A model generated the notes under the pieces. That model was not told the origin of the DNA, did not search any database, and saw only the letters and a program-made list of their open reading frames with translations. From NCBI GenBank assembly GCA_014803525.1, contig JAAVBP010000002.1, positions 6,492-70,491 on the forward strand: a stretch of 64,000 nt of DNA, read 5' to 3'. Of this stretch, positions 8,477-18,640 are shown piece by piece; within the stretch, counting starts at the first letter, position 1; every line of letters starts with the position of its first letter. Made by a program: the position numbers and the translations under genes. This stretch comes from a bacterium. Lineage in GTDB: Bacteria; Pseudomonadota; Alphaproteobacteria; Rs-D84.

Positions 8477-8764
8477 ATGAAAAAGAAAGCAATCAATGAA
8501 ACAGCCGCACGCGTGGGGCACGCACTGCGCACAGCGCGTCAGACGGCACGCCTGACACATGGCGATTCCGCAGATTTGTTCGGTATAACAATGGAAGAGC
8601 AGTTGCAATACGAACGCGGCACTGCCCAAATACCAATTGAGCTTTTAGAGCATATGTTTGTAATGGGCTACAAACTGATTGGTATTCGGATATTAGAAAA
8701 AAAGTATCGAATCAAGCGTGACTTCATTCGTAAAATAAAACAAACAATAAAAGAGGGTATATAA
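8477..8764 (+). CDS. Small XRE/Cro-type helix-turn-helix protein (95 aa), paralog 1
   Basis: GGAGG SD 5 nt before ATG 8477. HTH pattern LRTARQTARLTHGDSADLFGITMEEQLQYERGT. Clear paralog of 51176..51466. Confidence 0.7.
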   Translation: MKKKAINETAARVGHALRTARQTARLTHGDSADLFGITMEEQLQYERGTAQIPIELLEHMFVMGYKLIGIRILEKKYRIKRDFIRKIKQTIKEGI

Positions 8765-8799
8765 ACTTTTTCACTGTTTTACTTTATAATTATTTAACT

Positions 8800-8830
8800 A
8801 AAAAATCCCGCCATTCGGCGGGGATTTTTT
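8800..8830. terminator. Bidirectional intrinsic terminator
   Basis: ATCCCGCC-ATTC-GGCGGGAT flanked by an A-run and a T-run, between convergent genes. Confidence 0.75.
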
Positions 8831-10265
8831 AATATGACTTGGCGACGAACACGTATGTCGGATCGGCATCATCCAGGCATCGACGTGATATCTTGAATTC
8901 ATCCATCAAGCCTTCGAATTCCGGTGACAAAGTCTGTTCATATTTCAGACGGAAAAATCCAATCTGGCCCGCGTCCAATGCCGCGCGCAAATCTGCAAGC
9001 GCATCAATATTGTGAATCATCGTTTCATTACGGGCCGCGGCCGCGTTATACATATCATGCTGCATGGAATCCAACATGCTGCGCACATCCGCAACAAACA
9101 CGTCCAAGTCCAACGTTTGTTTCGATGATTTGCCCAAATCACGACGTGTGACGGTAACCTGAGATGCATCCATTTCGCGTCCGCCGATTTCCACACGCAG
9201 TGGCACGCCACGCTTAATCCATTTCCACATTTTGTCGGCGCCACGCATATCAGATGTATCCGCCAAAACGCGAATGTCCGCCGCACGCAGTTTCGATGCA
9301 ATTTTTTCCGCGTATTCGTTCAGTGCATCTTCGTTCCCATCACGCGCAATTGGGATAATCACAACCTGGTGCGGGGCAACCGCCGGCGGCAGAATCAGAC
9401 CATCATCATCACTGTGTGTCATAAACAGGCCGCCCATCATACGCGTTGATGTGCCCCAGGATGTCGTCCATGCATGATGCAATTGGCCGTCGGTCCCCAG
9501 ATACTGAATCCCGAATGATTTCGAAAAATGCTGGCCCAGGTCATGCGACGTTCCGGCCTGCAGAGCCTTGCCATCTTGCATAATCTGTTCGGTGGTGTAT
9601 GTATGATCGGCACCGGCAAAGCGTTCCTCGGGCGTCTTTTCACCCATGATAACCGGTATTGCCAAAACATCGCGCATATAGTCTGCGTACAACTTATGCA
9701 TGCGGCGCGCGTCGGCGTTGGCCTCGGCATGTGTGGCGAATGCGTTATGCCCTTCTTGCCAATTAAATTCAGACGTGCGCAGGAACATACGCGGACGCAT
9801 TTCCCAGCGCATTACATTCACCCATTGGTTCAATTTCATCGGCAAGTCGCGATATGATTGCACCCAGCGGGACATCGCATCACCAATAATGGTTTCAGAT
9901 GTCGGGCGAATTATGTACGGATCTGTCAATTTTGATTCCGAATCGGGCTGCAGGTTGCCATCTATCATCTTTAAACGATAGTGTGTGACAACCGCCGCTT
10001 CTTTGGCAAAGCCGGCGACATGCTGGGCCTCGCGGTTAAAGAAATCGATTGGGATCAGCAATGGAAAGTTTGCATTCTGGACGCCGGTTGCCTTGATACG
10101 CCGATCCATCTCGGCCCGCATTAATTCCCAAATCGCCCATCCATATGGCTTTACCGTCATACATCCGCGAACGGGCGCGTTTTCCGCCAAATCTGCCGCA
10201 GTTATTAAATTCTGGTACCATTCGCTGAAATTTTCAGCGCGTGTGGGGGTTATTGCTGTCTTCAT
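8829..10265 (-). CDS. proS: Proline--tRNA ligase (archaeal/eukaryote-like type)
   Basis: N-terminus RAENFSEWYQNLI..VRGCMTVKPYGWAIWE, class II motifs, and a length of ~478 aa typical of this ProRS type. Confidence 0.88.
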   Translation of the reverse strand: MKTAITPTRAENFSEWYQNLITAADLAENAPVRGCMTVKPYGWAIWELMRAEMDRRIKATGVQNANFPLLIPIDFFNREAQHVAGFAKEAAVVTHYRLKMIDGNLQPDSESKLTDPYIIRPTSETIIGDAMSRWVQSYRDLPMKLNQWVNVMRWEMRPRMFLRTSEFNWQEGHNAFATHAEANADARRMHKLYADYMRDVLAIPVIMGEKTPEERFAGADHTYTTEQIMQDGKALQAGTSHDLGQHFSKSFGIQYLGTDGQLHHAWTTSWGTSTRMMGGLFMTHSDDDGLILPPAVAPHQVVIIPIARDGNEDALNEYAEKIASKLRAADIRVLADTSDMRGADKMWKWIKRGVPLRVEIGGREMDASQVTVTRRDLGKSSKQTLDLDVFVADVRSMLDSMQHDMYNAAAARNETMIHNIDALADLRAALDAGQIGFFRLKYEQTLSPEFEGLMDEFKISRRCLDDADPTYVFVAKSY

Positions 10266-11104
10266 TTCTTTAACTCTTTATCTTTTAATTCCATGTATTT
10301 ATCAGATACTATTTTTTGCAGGGTGGTTGCAATTTGCTTGCGATCCATGCCGGATAAATCCGTCGGTTCCATTATAGTGATATCAACGCGAAATCCGCCG
10401 ATTACCATAATGTGAAACAGCTGCATAAACGCACTGCGTTCGCGTTCGCACCGCGGGCCCATATCCTGTTTTGCGTTATCAAAGTACGCATAGTGCGTCG
10501 CCATGTCCGTGTCACTAATGGGCGTGCCGTCACGATAACGATATACCGTCGCCATAGGTTGCACCACAACGTCTGAATTTTCAACAAAATTGAACAGCGT
10601 GCTTTTAAACGCCTTGACATATGCGCCGTTGGTGGTTGTCCCTTCAGGAAACAAGAACATTGGGTAAGACACCGTTTGAACCGTGCGCTGTACGACCGCC
10701 AGGGCGTCACGCGCATGGGACGGACGACGATCAACATATATCACGCCGAACTTTTTTGCGACCCATCCGACAACGGGCCAGGATTCGATTTCTTTCTTGG
10801 CAACAAAGCTGCCGCCGAATGCAACCGGGAATGTTGCGATTTCAAATATGGATATATGGTTTGTTATAACCAGCAAAGGCCGATGCGAAACAAGCTGTCC
10901 CTGAACGCGAATACGGATTCCCGCTGTACGCAGCAAGAACCACATAAACACGCGCATATACGCGACCGATACGCGCCCACGCGGCAGCAATATAATCAGT
11001 GGCAACTGAACAAAAACCAGCAGCCAGAACAGCGTAAACTTCACCACCGCCCAGGTGGTTGTAAAAATATTTTGTTTGCGTATACGTGCCATTGATTTCC
11101 CCAT
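10262..11104 (-). CDS. olsA: Lysophospholipid/1-acyl-glycerol-3-phosphate-type acyltransferase, likely ornithine-lipid OlsA
   Basis: NHISIFE (NHxxxxD/E) and FPEGTTTNG motifs. Directly downstream of the olsB-like gene. Start chosen at ATG 11104, just after the olsB stop; the tracked ORF extends to 11185. Confidence 0.65.
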   Translation of the reverse strand: MGKSMARIRKQNIFTTTWAVVKFTLFWLLVFVQLPLIILLPRGRVSVAYMRVFMWFLLRTAGIRIRVQGQLVSHRPLLVITNHISIFEIATFPVAFGGSFVAKKEIESWPVVGWVAKKFGVIYVDRRPSHARDALAVVQRTVQTVSYPMFLFPEGTTTNGAYVKAFKSTLFNFVENSDVVVQPMATVYRYRDGTPISDTDMATHYAYFDNAKQDMGPRCERERSAFMQLFHIMVIGGFRVDITIMEPTDLSGMDRKQIATTLQKIVSDKYMELKDKELKK

Positions 11105-11114
11105 GTATACCCGG

Positions 11115-12089
11115 TTATTCGCGTGACGCGCCCTCTTCCACTTCTTCGGAATCGTCGCGATATTCGGCATCGGCCGCATCTTCACGCAGCAAGAATTCGA
11201 TAAACGACCCCATAACCTTTAATGGGCCGGTTACCGGGAAAGATACAATCTTGCCGATTGTGCGCATTGTGCCACCATTATCGTCATCCGTATCCAATCC
11301 GGCCAGTGCATTTTCGCGTCCAAGGAAATGCTTTTGATATGCGGGCGCAATATTTTTTGTCTGTAACATTACAAACACGTCGTATGAATTAAACGGTGCA
11401 TCAATAAATACACCACGACCAAATGTCGCCCCCAGACGCAAGTATCCCTTGACCAACGGGGTCATTTCACGTACGGCCATGTCTTTGTCCACAAAAACCT
11501 CTGGCAAGATATTCATGCGCGACAGTTTCGGATTGATACCTTCGGCAAAATTATCTGTTACGACCCGCGCACGCAGATTCAGCGGTGACAAATGATTATA
11601 GTACAGGTATGATATCGCCTGGGCCGCGGCAACCGGATTTTTACCAACCCATGATGCCACACCAAACAAAATAGAAATCTTGCGACGGACAACATATTCA
11701 CCCAGTCCCGCCCACAGCATGCGCATAACCAGCGCATTTTCACGATACTGGCGCGCGACGCATGCACGCGACATTTCGGCGATGTTACCGCGTGACTTTT
11801 TTATTTTCGATATATCAAATTCGGTTTCCGTATAAAATCCGCCCATTTTTTCAGCGGCCGCGCGCGTGATAATACGGTACGTTCCAACAATCTTGCCGGC
11901 GTGCAGAACAACCATGTATTCCGCATGTTTATCATATGCGTCATATTCTTCACGCAGGGCACGCTGTTCTTCGGTGGCACCGGCGCCTTCTTCTTCTACA
12001 AAAACATCATATCGCAATTGACGAACCTGTTTGCGTTCATCTTTATTCCGTGCCAAACGCACCTCATAATCGCGAACCTTGATAGCCAT
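11115..12089 (-). CDS. olsB: GNAT-fold ornithine N-acyltransferase (OlsB / hemolysin-like)
   Basis: RQLRYDVFVEEEG..GKIVGTYRI.. is typical of OlsB-type acyltransferases. Paired with a PlsC-type gene. Confidence 0.7.
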   Translation of the reverse strand: MAIKVRDYEVRLARNKDERKQVRQLRYDVFVEEEGAGATEEQRALREEYDAYDKHAEYMVVLHAGKIVGTYRIITRAAAEKMGGFYTETEFDISKIKKSRGNIAEMSRACVARQYRENALVMRMLWAGLGEYVVRRKISILFGVASWVGKNPVAAAQAISYLYYNHLSPLNLRARVVTDNFAEGINPKLSRMNILPEVFVDKDMAVREMTPLVKGYLRLGATFGRGVFIDAPFNSYDVFVMLQTKNIAPAYQKHFLGRENALAGLDTDDDNGGTMRTIGKIVSFPVTGPLKVMGSFIEFLLREDAADAEYRDDSEEVEEGASRE

Positions 12090-12175
12090 AATTTACGTCC
12101 TTTCATATATAACAATGGGAAGAATATCAAAGAATAACCCCATTGGCAATTATTATATTTTTTAACGATTTTTGC

Positions 12176-13228
12176 TTATTTCAGTTCATCTGCCAATGTG
12201 GCAATCGCAATCGCGTACCAGTTTGAATTATTCCACTTCTTTATCCGATAGAAATTCGGATATGTCAAATATGCATTTATGACACGACGCGGTTGCACAT
12301 CGGTGTCGGAATCAACAACCTCTATCGTGGCCGCCGCCAGTTTCTGTTCAATCGCCGCGGTGTCCGCCACCAGCCCGGCTGTCATATTTGCTGTCGGTAA
12401 CGGCGCGCCATCAGGCAAAGTAACCCCCATCGCGGCCCATTCAGAAAGTGACTTTTTTACATCGCCCTTTAACAGTCCCAAATCGAAATTTGCCGGCACC
12501 GCAACCTGCCGCACAATGCGTTCATTCGGATTCCACCCCAGTTTATTCAGATAATTACCCGCACTGAACATTGCGTCACCAACACTGCCGATAATATCGA
12601 TATGGCCATCACCGTTGCCATCAACACCGTACTGTGCCAATGTTGTCGGAATAAACTGGAAATGACCCATGGCGCCGGCCCAACTGCCCCTGATTGTGGC
12701 GATATCCAGATTATTTTTATCTGCGATTTTCATCAGGGCAAGTAATTGTTCACCAAAGAATTTCTCGCGCCGACCATCATACATTAATGTCAAAAAAGCA
12801 TCGCGCAGGTTGTGCGCCGCCTTGTACTGGCCATAATTGGATTCCAGGCCCCAGAACGCCAAAATTACATGCGATGGCACGCCATATGCATCTTCAACGC
12901 GCGACAACATTGTTGGATATTTGGTTCGCATATTTTTTCCGTTTGCGATACGCGTCGCAGACACAGTACGTTTTAAATACTGATCCAATGTCAATTTAAA
13001 TTCAGACTGATTTTTATCACTGCGTACGATTGACGGGATAAATGCCGGATTTTTTAATGTTGCATTTATCGTTGCATCCGATATGTTTTGCGCGGCCGCC
13101 CGTTCCCGCACATCAGACAAAATTTCATCCCAGCGATCCATATCAAACGTACCACCGGCAAGCACAACCCCTGGCATCACCAACGCCAGCGCCACGGCGC
13201 CCACGCGCAATAGACTGTTGGACATCAT
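12176..13228 (-). CDS. Lytic murein transglycosylase (MltB/SLT_2 type)
   Basis: Signal peptide. WGLESNYG and GSWAGAMGHFQFIPTT motifs. C-terminal PG-binding-like segment. Confidence 0.8.
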   Translation of the reverse strand: MMSNSLLRVGAVALALVMPGVVLAGGTFDMDRWDEILSDVRERAAAQNISDATINATLKNPAFIPSIVRSDKNQSEFKLTLDQYLKRTVSATRIANGKNMRTKYPTMLSRVEDAYGVPSHVILAFWGLESNYGQYKAAHNLRDAFLTLMYDGRREKFFGEQLLALMKIADKNNLDIATIRGSWAGAMGHFQFIPTTLAQYGVDGNGDGHIDIIGSVGDAMFSAGNYLNKLGWNPNERIVRQVAVPANFDLGLLKGDVKKSLSEWAAMGVTLPDGAPLPTANMTAGLVADTAAIEQKLAAATIEVVDSDTDVQPRRVINAYLTYPNFYRIKKWNNSNWYAIAIATLADELK

Positions 13229-13249
13229 AATAATCCCCCATTTATAAAA

Positions 13250-14752
13250 TTAAAATGCGTATTTAACACCCAGGTGCAGGCCAAATGATTGCCATGTCGC
13301 CTCTTTCAACGAATTGCTGACATCAATGGTCTGGGCCGGGCTTGTTTCCAGATATGGCAACCCCTGTTCATCCAGCGCATACTGACCATCATCAGTCATT
13401 GCCCAATGCGTATCTTCGGCCAGGTACAGTTTTCCGCCGATCTTGCCCACATGAAATACGTTCGTATCCACCTTTAACGCCAATTGCATACGATCCGACA
13501 GACGCAGGTTATATTCCATTTCTGCGGCATACGAATATGCGCCACTGCTGCCTTCGTCTGTAAAACTGGGGTTCTGTTGCCAATCATCACGCATTGGCCA
13601 TGTACCATCAGATGAATACTTTGGCAACCCAAATTGCACATAAAAACGCAATTTATCCGCCAGGGTCATTTGCTTTTCAATCTCTAGTCCGACAAAGAAA
13701 CCACTCCACGTCGTGTCATAGATGTGTGTTGTACCTTCGACAATCACTGGGCCATCACCACCGATAATAACACAATCATTTGGTCCGACACCCCATGGCA
13801 CAGTCCCCATAATCGGATCATAATCACCAATAACCAATCCATCCAAATATGCACCTGTGGCGGGCGCACCCGCAGATGCCTGGACCAGTTTTATATCTTC
13901 GGGCGACATACAAACCTGATATAAATCATCCGGCGCCTCAACCCCCTGGGGGAATGCGTAATAATTACCTTCGCCATCGCCAAAGACATAATCACCCTTG
14001 TTCGTCAGCAACGGCAGATAAATCCCCGGATTCGGATAATAATGATCCGACATTTTCAGGTTATGTTTAAAGATTTCATATCCAATCGACGGCGACAGTT
14101 TCCATCCTGCAATATCCCATATATGATGCGCGCCAATACCAAATTTAAAATGATTTGTCGTACCCGACTGGTCCCCCATGGATATCGTAAATATACCATC
14201 ATTGGGTGCCGATGATTCATACGGCTGCAAATCGTAATCCATGGACAGGCCGCCACTTTCCATACGTCCATACGCATACTGACCGTATACGAACATATCA
14301 AAATTACGCAGTGAAAAATTATGCTGGGCACCGACATTTATTTCGTTAAAAATCATGTCATCCCATTCCAAAATGGAATTCACACCCGTTTTAAATTCAA
14401 AGTCCGCAAAACGCCGTGAATATCCGGCATACAGGTTGGTTTTATTATCATTTTGCGCCGGCAACGCGATACCATTTGCAGTCATCATACCCGTGGTCGC
14501 ATATGTCGCGGGCACATTTTCCGCGGTCGCGCGCGGCACCTGATAAGACGTACTGCGCGTGCCGACAACCTGTTTATTCCCGGACGTGCCAACATATTTT
14601 GAATACCCCTGTTGGCTGTACTGGCCATATCCAATCTGGTTTGCATTGGGGCCATTTGACGTCTGATAATATGACGGCACACCCTCATTCGCGGCCATCG
14701 CCGCGATTGGCGCCAATAATCCACATAATAAAATATAAAATCTTGCTTTCAT
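13250..14752 (-). CDS. Outer-membrane beta-barrel protein, family not recognised
   Basis: Signal peptide MKARFYILLCGLLAPIAAMA. Alternating aromatic/hydrophilic strands. C-terminal ..GVKYAF with terminal Phe. Confidence 0.6.
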   Translation of the reverse strand: MKARFYILLCGLLAPIAAMAANEGVPSYYQTSNGPNANQIGYGQYSQQGYSKYVGTSGNKQVVGTRSTSYQVPRATAENVPATYATTGMMTANGIALPAQNDNKTNLYAGYSRRFADFEFKTGVNSILEWDDMIFNEINVGAQHNFSLRNFDMFVYGQYAYGRMESGGLSMDYDLQPYESSAPNDGIFTISMGDQSGTTNHFKFGIGAHHIWDIAGWKLSPSIGYEIFKHNLKMSDHYYPNPGIYLPLLTNKGDYVFGDGEGNYYAFPQGVEAPDDLYQVCMSPEDIKLVQASAGAPATGAYLDGLVIGDYDPIMGTVPWGVGPNDCVIIGGDGPVIVEGTTHIYDTTWSGFFVGLEIEKQMTLADKLRFYVQFGLPKYSSDGTWPMRDDWQQNPSFTDEGSSGAYSYAAEMEYNLRLSDRMQLALKVDTNVFHVGKIGGKLYLAEDTHWAMTDDGQYALDEQGLPYLETSPAQTIDVSNSLKEATWQSFGLHLGVKYAF

Positions 14753-14830
14753 TCCATCCATCCGCAATTCACACTATATCACAATAATTTAACCCTTGCA
14801 AGGGGCGCTGGCATCGATACAATACCCACC

Positions 14831-15883
14831 ATGATACATGACCATAATATATACATTCACGTGCCGTACTGTCGATCAAAGTGCAAATATTGTGCATTCT
14901 TTTCGGCGGCAATTAAACCCGACTGGGAAAAATATGCGCACGATATATGTGCCGAGATTGAATTTTGGGCCAGGAAACTGGGTCGAATAACCGTGCCAAC
15001 CATATTCTTTGGCGGGGGGACGCCATCAATAATGCCGACACCCGTCTTTGAACAAATAATCGAATGCATTCAAAAAAATTTTGATATTGCACCCGACGCC
15101 GAAATTACATTAGAAGCCAATCCCGGAACACTGGATAAAACGCGCCTGCACGAATTTATGGCGGCGGGTGTAAATCGCCTGTCGGTTGGGGTACAATCAT
15201 TGGATGATGCGGAACTGGAACTCTTGGGCCGCACACACACTGCGCGCGATGCAATAAATTTAATTGACGCCGCATGCCGCATGGGCCTGCGCGTTAGTGG
15301 CGATTTTATTTACGGCCTGCCCGGGCAAGATGCGCACGCGGTTGAAAAAATATGTCGCCAAATAAATGATTTGGGGTTGCGTCACTGTTCCATGTATGAA
15401 CTGACGATTGAACCAAGCACGCCATTTGGCAGAATGAACCTGGACATGCCAAGCAATGATGAAATGGCAGATATGTATTCGGCGATTGGGGCTACATTGA
15501 ATCTGCCCCGGTATGAGGTTTCAAATTACGCCGCCCCCACCCAGCATTGCCGGCACAACGAAAACATCTGGGACGGCGCACCATATATCGGCATCGGGCG
15601 CGGCGCGGCGGGCCGGATATTTATGGGTGACCAATGGTTTGAACAGATGGGTGCCGGCGCACGATTTGAACCAATGTCGGCGCATGACCGCGCAATTGAA
15701 AAAATCATTACCGGCATGCGCACAATGCGCGGCGTGGAATTGTCACCCGACGTGGTCGCAGCAGTTGACTGGGATGCGGCGCGCGCAAACGCTGATTTTG
15801 TTAAATGGGATAATAATCGTATGCAGGCGACAGAGGCCGGATTATTGACATTAGACAATTTGCTGATAAAATTAATAGGCTAA
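14831..15883 (+). CDS. hemW: Radical SAM HemN-like heme chaperone
   Basis: IHVPYCRSKCKYCAF (CxxxCxxC) followed by GGGTPS. Confidence 0.8.
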   Translation: MIHDHNIYIHVPYCRSKCKYCAFFSAAIKPDWEKYAHDICAEIEFWARKLGRITVPTIFFGGGTPSIMPTPVFEQIIECIQKNFDIAPDAEITLEANPGTLDKTRLHEFMAAGVNRLSVGVQSLDDAELELLGRTHTARDAINLIDAACRMGLRVSGDFIYGLPGQDAHAVEKICRQINDLGLRHCSMYELTIEPSTPFGRMNLDMPSNDEMADMYSAIGATLNLPRYEVSNYAAPTQHCRHNENIWDGAPYIGIGRGAAGRIFMGDQWFEQMGAGARFEPMSAHDRAIEKIITGMRTMRGVELSPDVVAAVDWDAARANADFVKWDNNRMQATEAGLLTLDNLLIKLIG

Positions 15884-15888
15884 AAAAA

Positions 15889-17880
15889 ATGGAAAACAAA
15901 ACATTAAATATTGTTGGCATTATGGCGGTCGTTATCGCAATTGCAACGGCGTTCTTTTACGTAAAGGGGGATAAAATCATGACACCGGGAATTAAGACTG
16001 AAAATATGGATACGCGCGTAAATCCGGGCGACAATTTCTATGATTATGCAACAAACGGATGGCGTGCGGCAAATCCGATTCCGGACGATTATGCGCGTTA
16101 TGGCGCAATTGAAATATTATATGACACCAACCTGGGGCGCGTACGTGAAATCGCAGAAAATGACACCGGAAAAATCGGAACGCTTTATAAAGTTGCAATG
16201 GATGCAGAACGCTTGAATCGCGACGGAACCGCACCGGTGCAATCATATCTGGACGCGGTGAGTGCCATAAAGTCACGCGATGAATTGCCCGCGTTTTTGG
16301 GTCGCATGCATAAATACACCGGCGGGTTCTGGGGCGATGGTGTGGCACTGGACGAAATGGACAGTGAACACTTTTTATATAACATACACCAGGGTGGCAC
16401 AGGGCTGTCACGCGACTATTATTTTGATAACGATGACAAGTCGATTGAGGTTCGCAAAAAGTACAAAGAATTTATCGCGGCGCAGACCAAAAATTTTGGC
16501 CAGGAAATGGATGCGGATAAATTGTATCTACTCGAAGAGCGCATGGCAAAATCTTTCCACACCAAGGAGGTATTGCGTGATCCACATGCGAACTATCACA
16601 AAATGTCGATTGATGAAATAAAAAAAGACTTTCCGGGGTTTGACTGGGATGCATATCTGGCGGCGCGTGGCGCGACGGCGGCAACACATATAAACATCGG
16701 CCAGCCATCGGCAATCATAGAATCAATAAAAATCATGAATGATACTGATTTAGATTTGATCAAGGATTATCTGAAATTCTGTATCATTCAGTCGGCAGAT
16801 ACTTTGCTGGACGATAAAACATACGACATATCGTTTGATTTCTATAACAAAATCATGGCGGGCCAGAAAGAAAAGAAACCACGCTGGAAACGCGCGGTGG
16901 CATTATTGGATGATACACTTGGCGAAGAAATCGGGCATCTGTATGTGAAAAAATATTTTCCGGCCGCAGCCAAAAAGCGTATGGAAGAATTGGTAAAAAA
17001 TCTGCAACGTGCGTATGCAATGCGTATTGAAAATCTGACATGGATGTCGGACGAAACGCGCACGCGGGCATTGGAAAAGTTAAGCGGATTCCAGGCAAAA
17101 ATCGGATATCCGGATCGGTGGCGCGACTATGGTGATTTAAAGATTTCCAGCGACATATCATTGTGGGAAAATATGGTGCGGGTTGCCGAATTCGAAGATG
17201 CATTTTGGCTGGCCAAAATCGGCAAGGAAAATGATCCGAACCTGTGGTACATGAATGCGCACGAGATTAATGCATATTATGATCCATCCACGAACGAGAT
17301 TTGTTTTCCCGCAGGAATCTTGCAATATCCGTTCTTTGACATGACGGCCGATGACGCATTTAACTATGGCGCGATTGGTGCAATTATCGGCCACGAAATG
17401 ACACACGGCTTCGACGATTCCGGACGCAAGTTTGACCGGCACGGCAACCTGAAAGACTGGTGGACAGAATCTGACGCCGCCGCATTCGAAGAACGCGCAG
17501 GTGTATTGCGCCGGTTCTTTGACGCGATCGAAATCGCACCGGGCGTACATGCCAACGGCGAATTTACACTGGGCGAAAACCTGGCAGATTATGGCGGCGT
17601 TACGATTGCATATACGGCATATAAAGAATTTGGCACGCCGTCAAATACGGTGACAGGTCTGACGCCTGATATGCGGTTCTTTATCGCGTATGCCGGCGCA
17701 TGGGCGCAAAACATCCGCGAATCCGAGGCCCTGCGCCTGACCAAGATGGAGGAACATTCGCTGGGGCATAATCGTGTGAACGGGATACTGCCACATATTG
17801 ACGCATGGTACGACGCGTTTGGAATTACAGCAGACGACAAAATGTATATCGCGCCGGATATGCGTACAAAGCTGTGGTAA
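15889..17880 (+). CDS. M13 family zinc metallopeptidase (PepO/endothelin-converting-enzyme-like)
   Basis: HEMTHGFDD, NAYY and GENLADYGG motifs. N-terminal membrane anchor. Confidence 0.88.
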   Translation: MENKTLNIVGIMAVVIAIATAFFYVKGDKIMTPGIKTENMDTRVNPGDNFYDYATNGWRAANPIPDDYARYGAIEILYDTNLGRVREIAENDTGKIGTLYKVAMDAERLNRDGTAPVQSYLDAVSAIKSRDELPAFLGRMHKYTGGFWGDGVALDEMDSEHFLYNIHQGGTGLSRDYYFDNDDKSIEVRKKYKEFIAAQTKNFGQEMDADKLYLLEERMAKSFHTKEVLRDPHANYHKMSIDEIKKDFPGFDWDAYLAARGATAATHINIGQPSAIIESIKIMNDTDLDLIKDYLKFCIIQSADTLLDDKTYDISFDFYNKIMAGQKEKKPRWKRAVALLDDTLGEEIGHLYVKKYFPAAAKKRMEELVKNLQRAYAMRIENLTWMSDETRTRALEKLSGFQAKIGYPDRWRDYGDLKISSDISLWENMVRVAEFEDAFWLAKIGKENDPNLWYMNAHEINAYYDPSTNEICFPAGILQYPFFDMTADDAFNYGAIGAIIGHEMTHGFDDSGRKFDRHGNLKDWWTESDAAAFEERAGVLRRFFDAIEIAPGVHANGEFTLGENLADYGGVTIAYTAYKEFGTPSNTVTGLTPDMRFFIAYAGAWAQNIRESEALRLTKMEEHSLGHNRVNGILPHIDAWYDAFGITADDKMYIAPDMRTKLW

Positions 17881-17908
17881 TTTTAGAAAAAAATAGACAC
17901 GTAAAAAT

Positions 17909-17938
17909 AATTCGGCGGCAATTACTTGCCGCCGAATT
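17909..17938. terminator. Hairpin terminator between convergent genes
   Basis: 13-bp stem AATTCGGCGGCAA / TTGCCGCCGAATT. Confidence 0.6.
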
Positions 17939-17987
17939 CTCCTCTCCTTTCCGGGAACCGGAAACCATGCCCATATACCGCAATATA

Positions 17988-18323
17988 TTATGCGGCCATG
18001 GCGGTGCCACGTGTTTCAGTCGAATCTGCGGCATCCATAACTTTTTTCGCCTCTGCAAAGACCATTTCTTTGACGCGCAACGCCAAAGTTTTTGTATCCA
18101 AACCTTCGGCGGCAACATCAAAATTATCTGTACGAATTTGCAGGGATACATATGCGCCAACCAATGCCGTGCGGGATAAATCCTCGATCGTGCGGGGCGC
18201 ATTGTTTATACCAATCTGCAATTCATCGGCCAAGGATACAATCTGGCGATCTTCGTTAACCCATACGGTTGTGGTCAAGACCTTGTTTAATGCGATCATT
18301 ATTTCTTTTATATTTTTCGCCAT
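17988..18323 (-). CDS. Hypothetical protein (111 aa)
   Basis: Strong SD AAAGGGGGG before the ATG. No recognisable motif. Confidence 0.55.
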   Translation of the reverse strand: MAKNIKEIMIALNKVLTTTVWVNEDRQIVSLADELQIGINNAPRTIEDLSRTALVGAYVSLQIRTDNFDVAAEGLDTKTLALRVKEMVFAEAKKVMDAADSTETRGTAMAA

Positions 18324-18612
18324 TTTTTATCCCCCCTTTCTGGATTTGGCCGATAATCCGGGACCAAATATGTATTTACAGTCGTATTTACATATTCAGC
18401 CCAAAATTCTCTGTTTTATTTCGTTTTTTGGCAGAATTCCGGTTTTTTGCGGTTTTCTGGGCTTTTTATTTCTTTTTCTCTTGTCTATACACGAATCATA
18501 GAACAAAACCGAATCGCAGGTCAAGAGGAAAATACCCAACCGATTCGTTTTTTATAAAAAATTTTCTAAAAATTAAAAAAAGTGGCAGATATCTGCCATA
18601 TATATCATCCAT

Positions 18613-18640
18613 AAAAAAATCCGGCATACGCCGGATTTTT
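18613..18640 (-). terminator. Intrinsic terminator after the 752-aa gene
   Basis: ATCCGGC-loop-GCCGGAT with a U-run on the minus strand. Confidence 0.7.
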
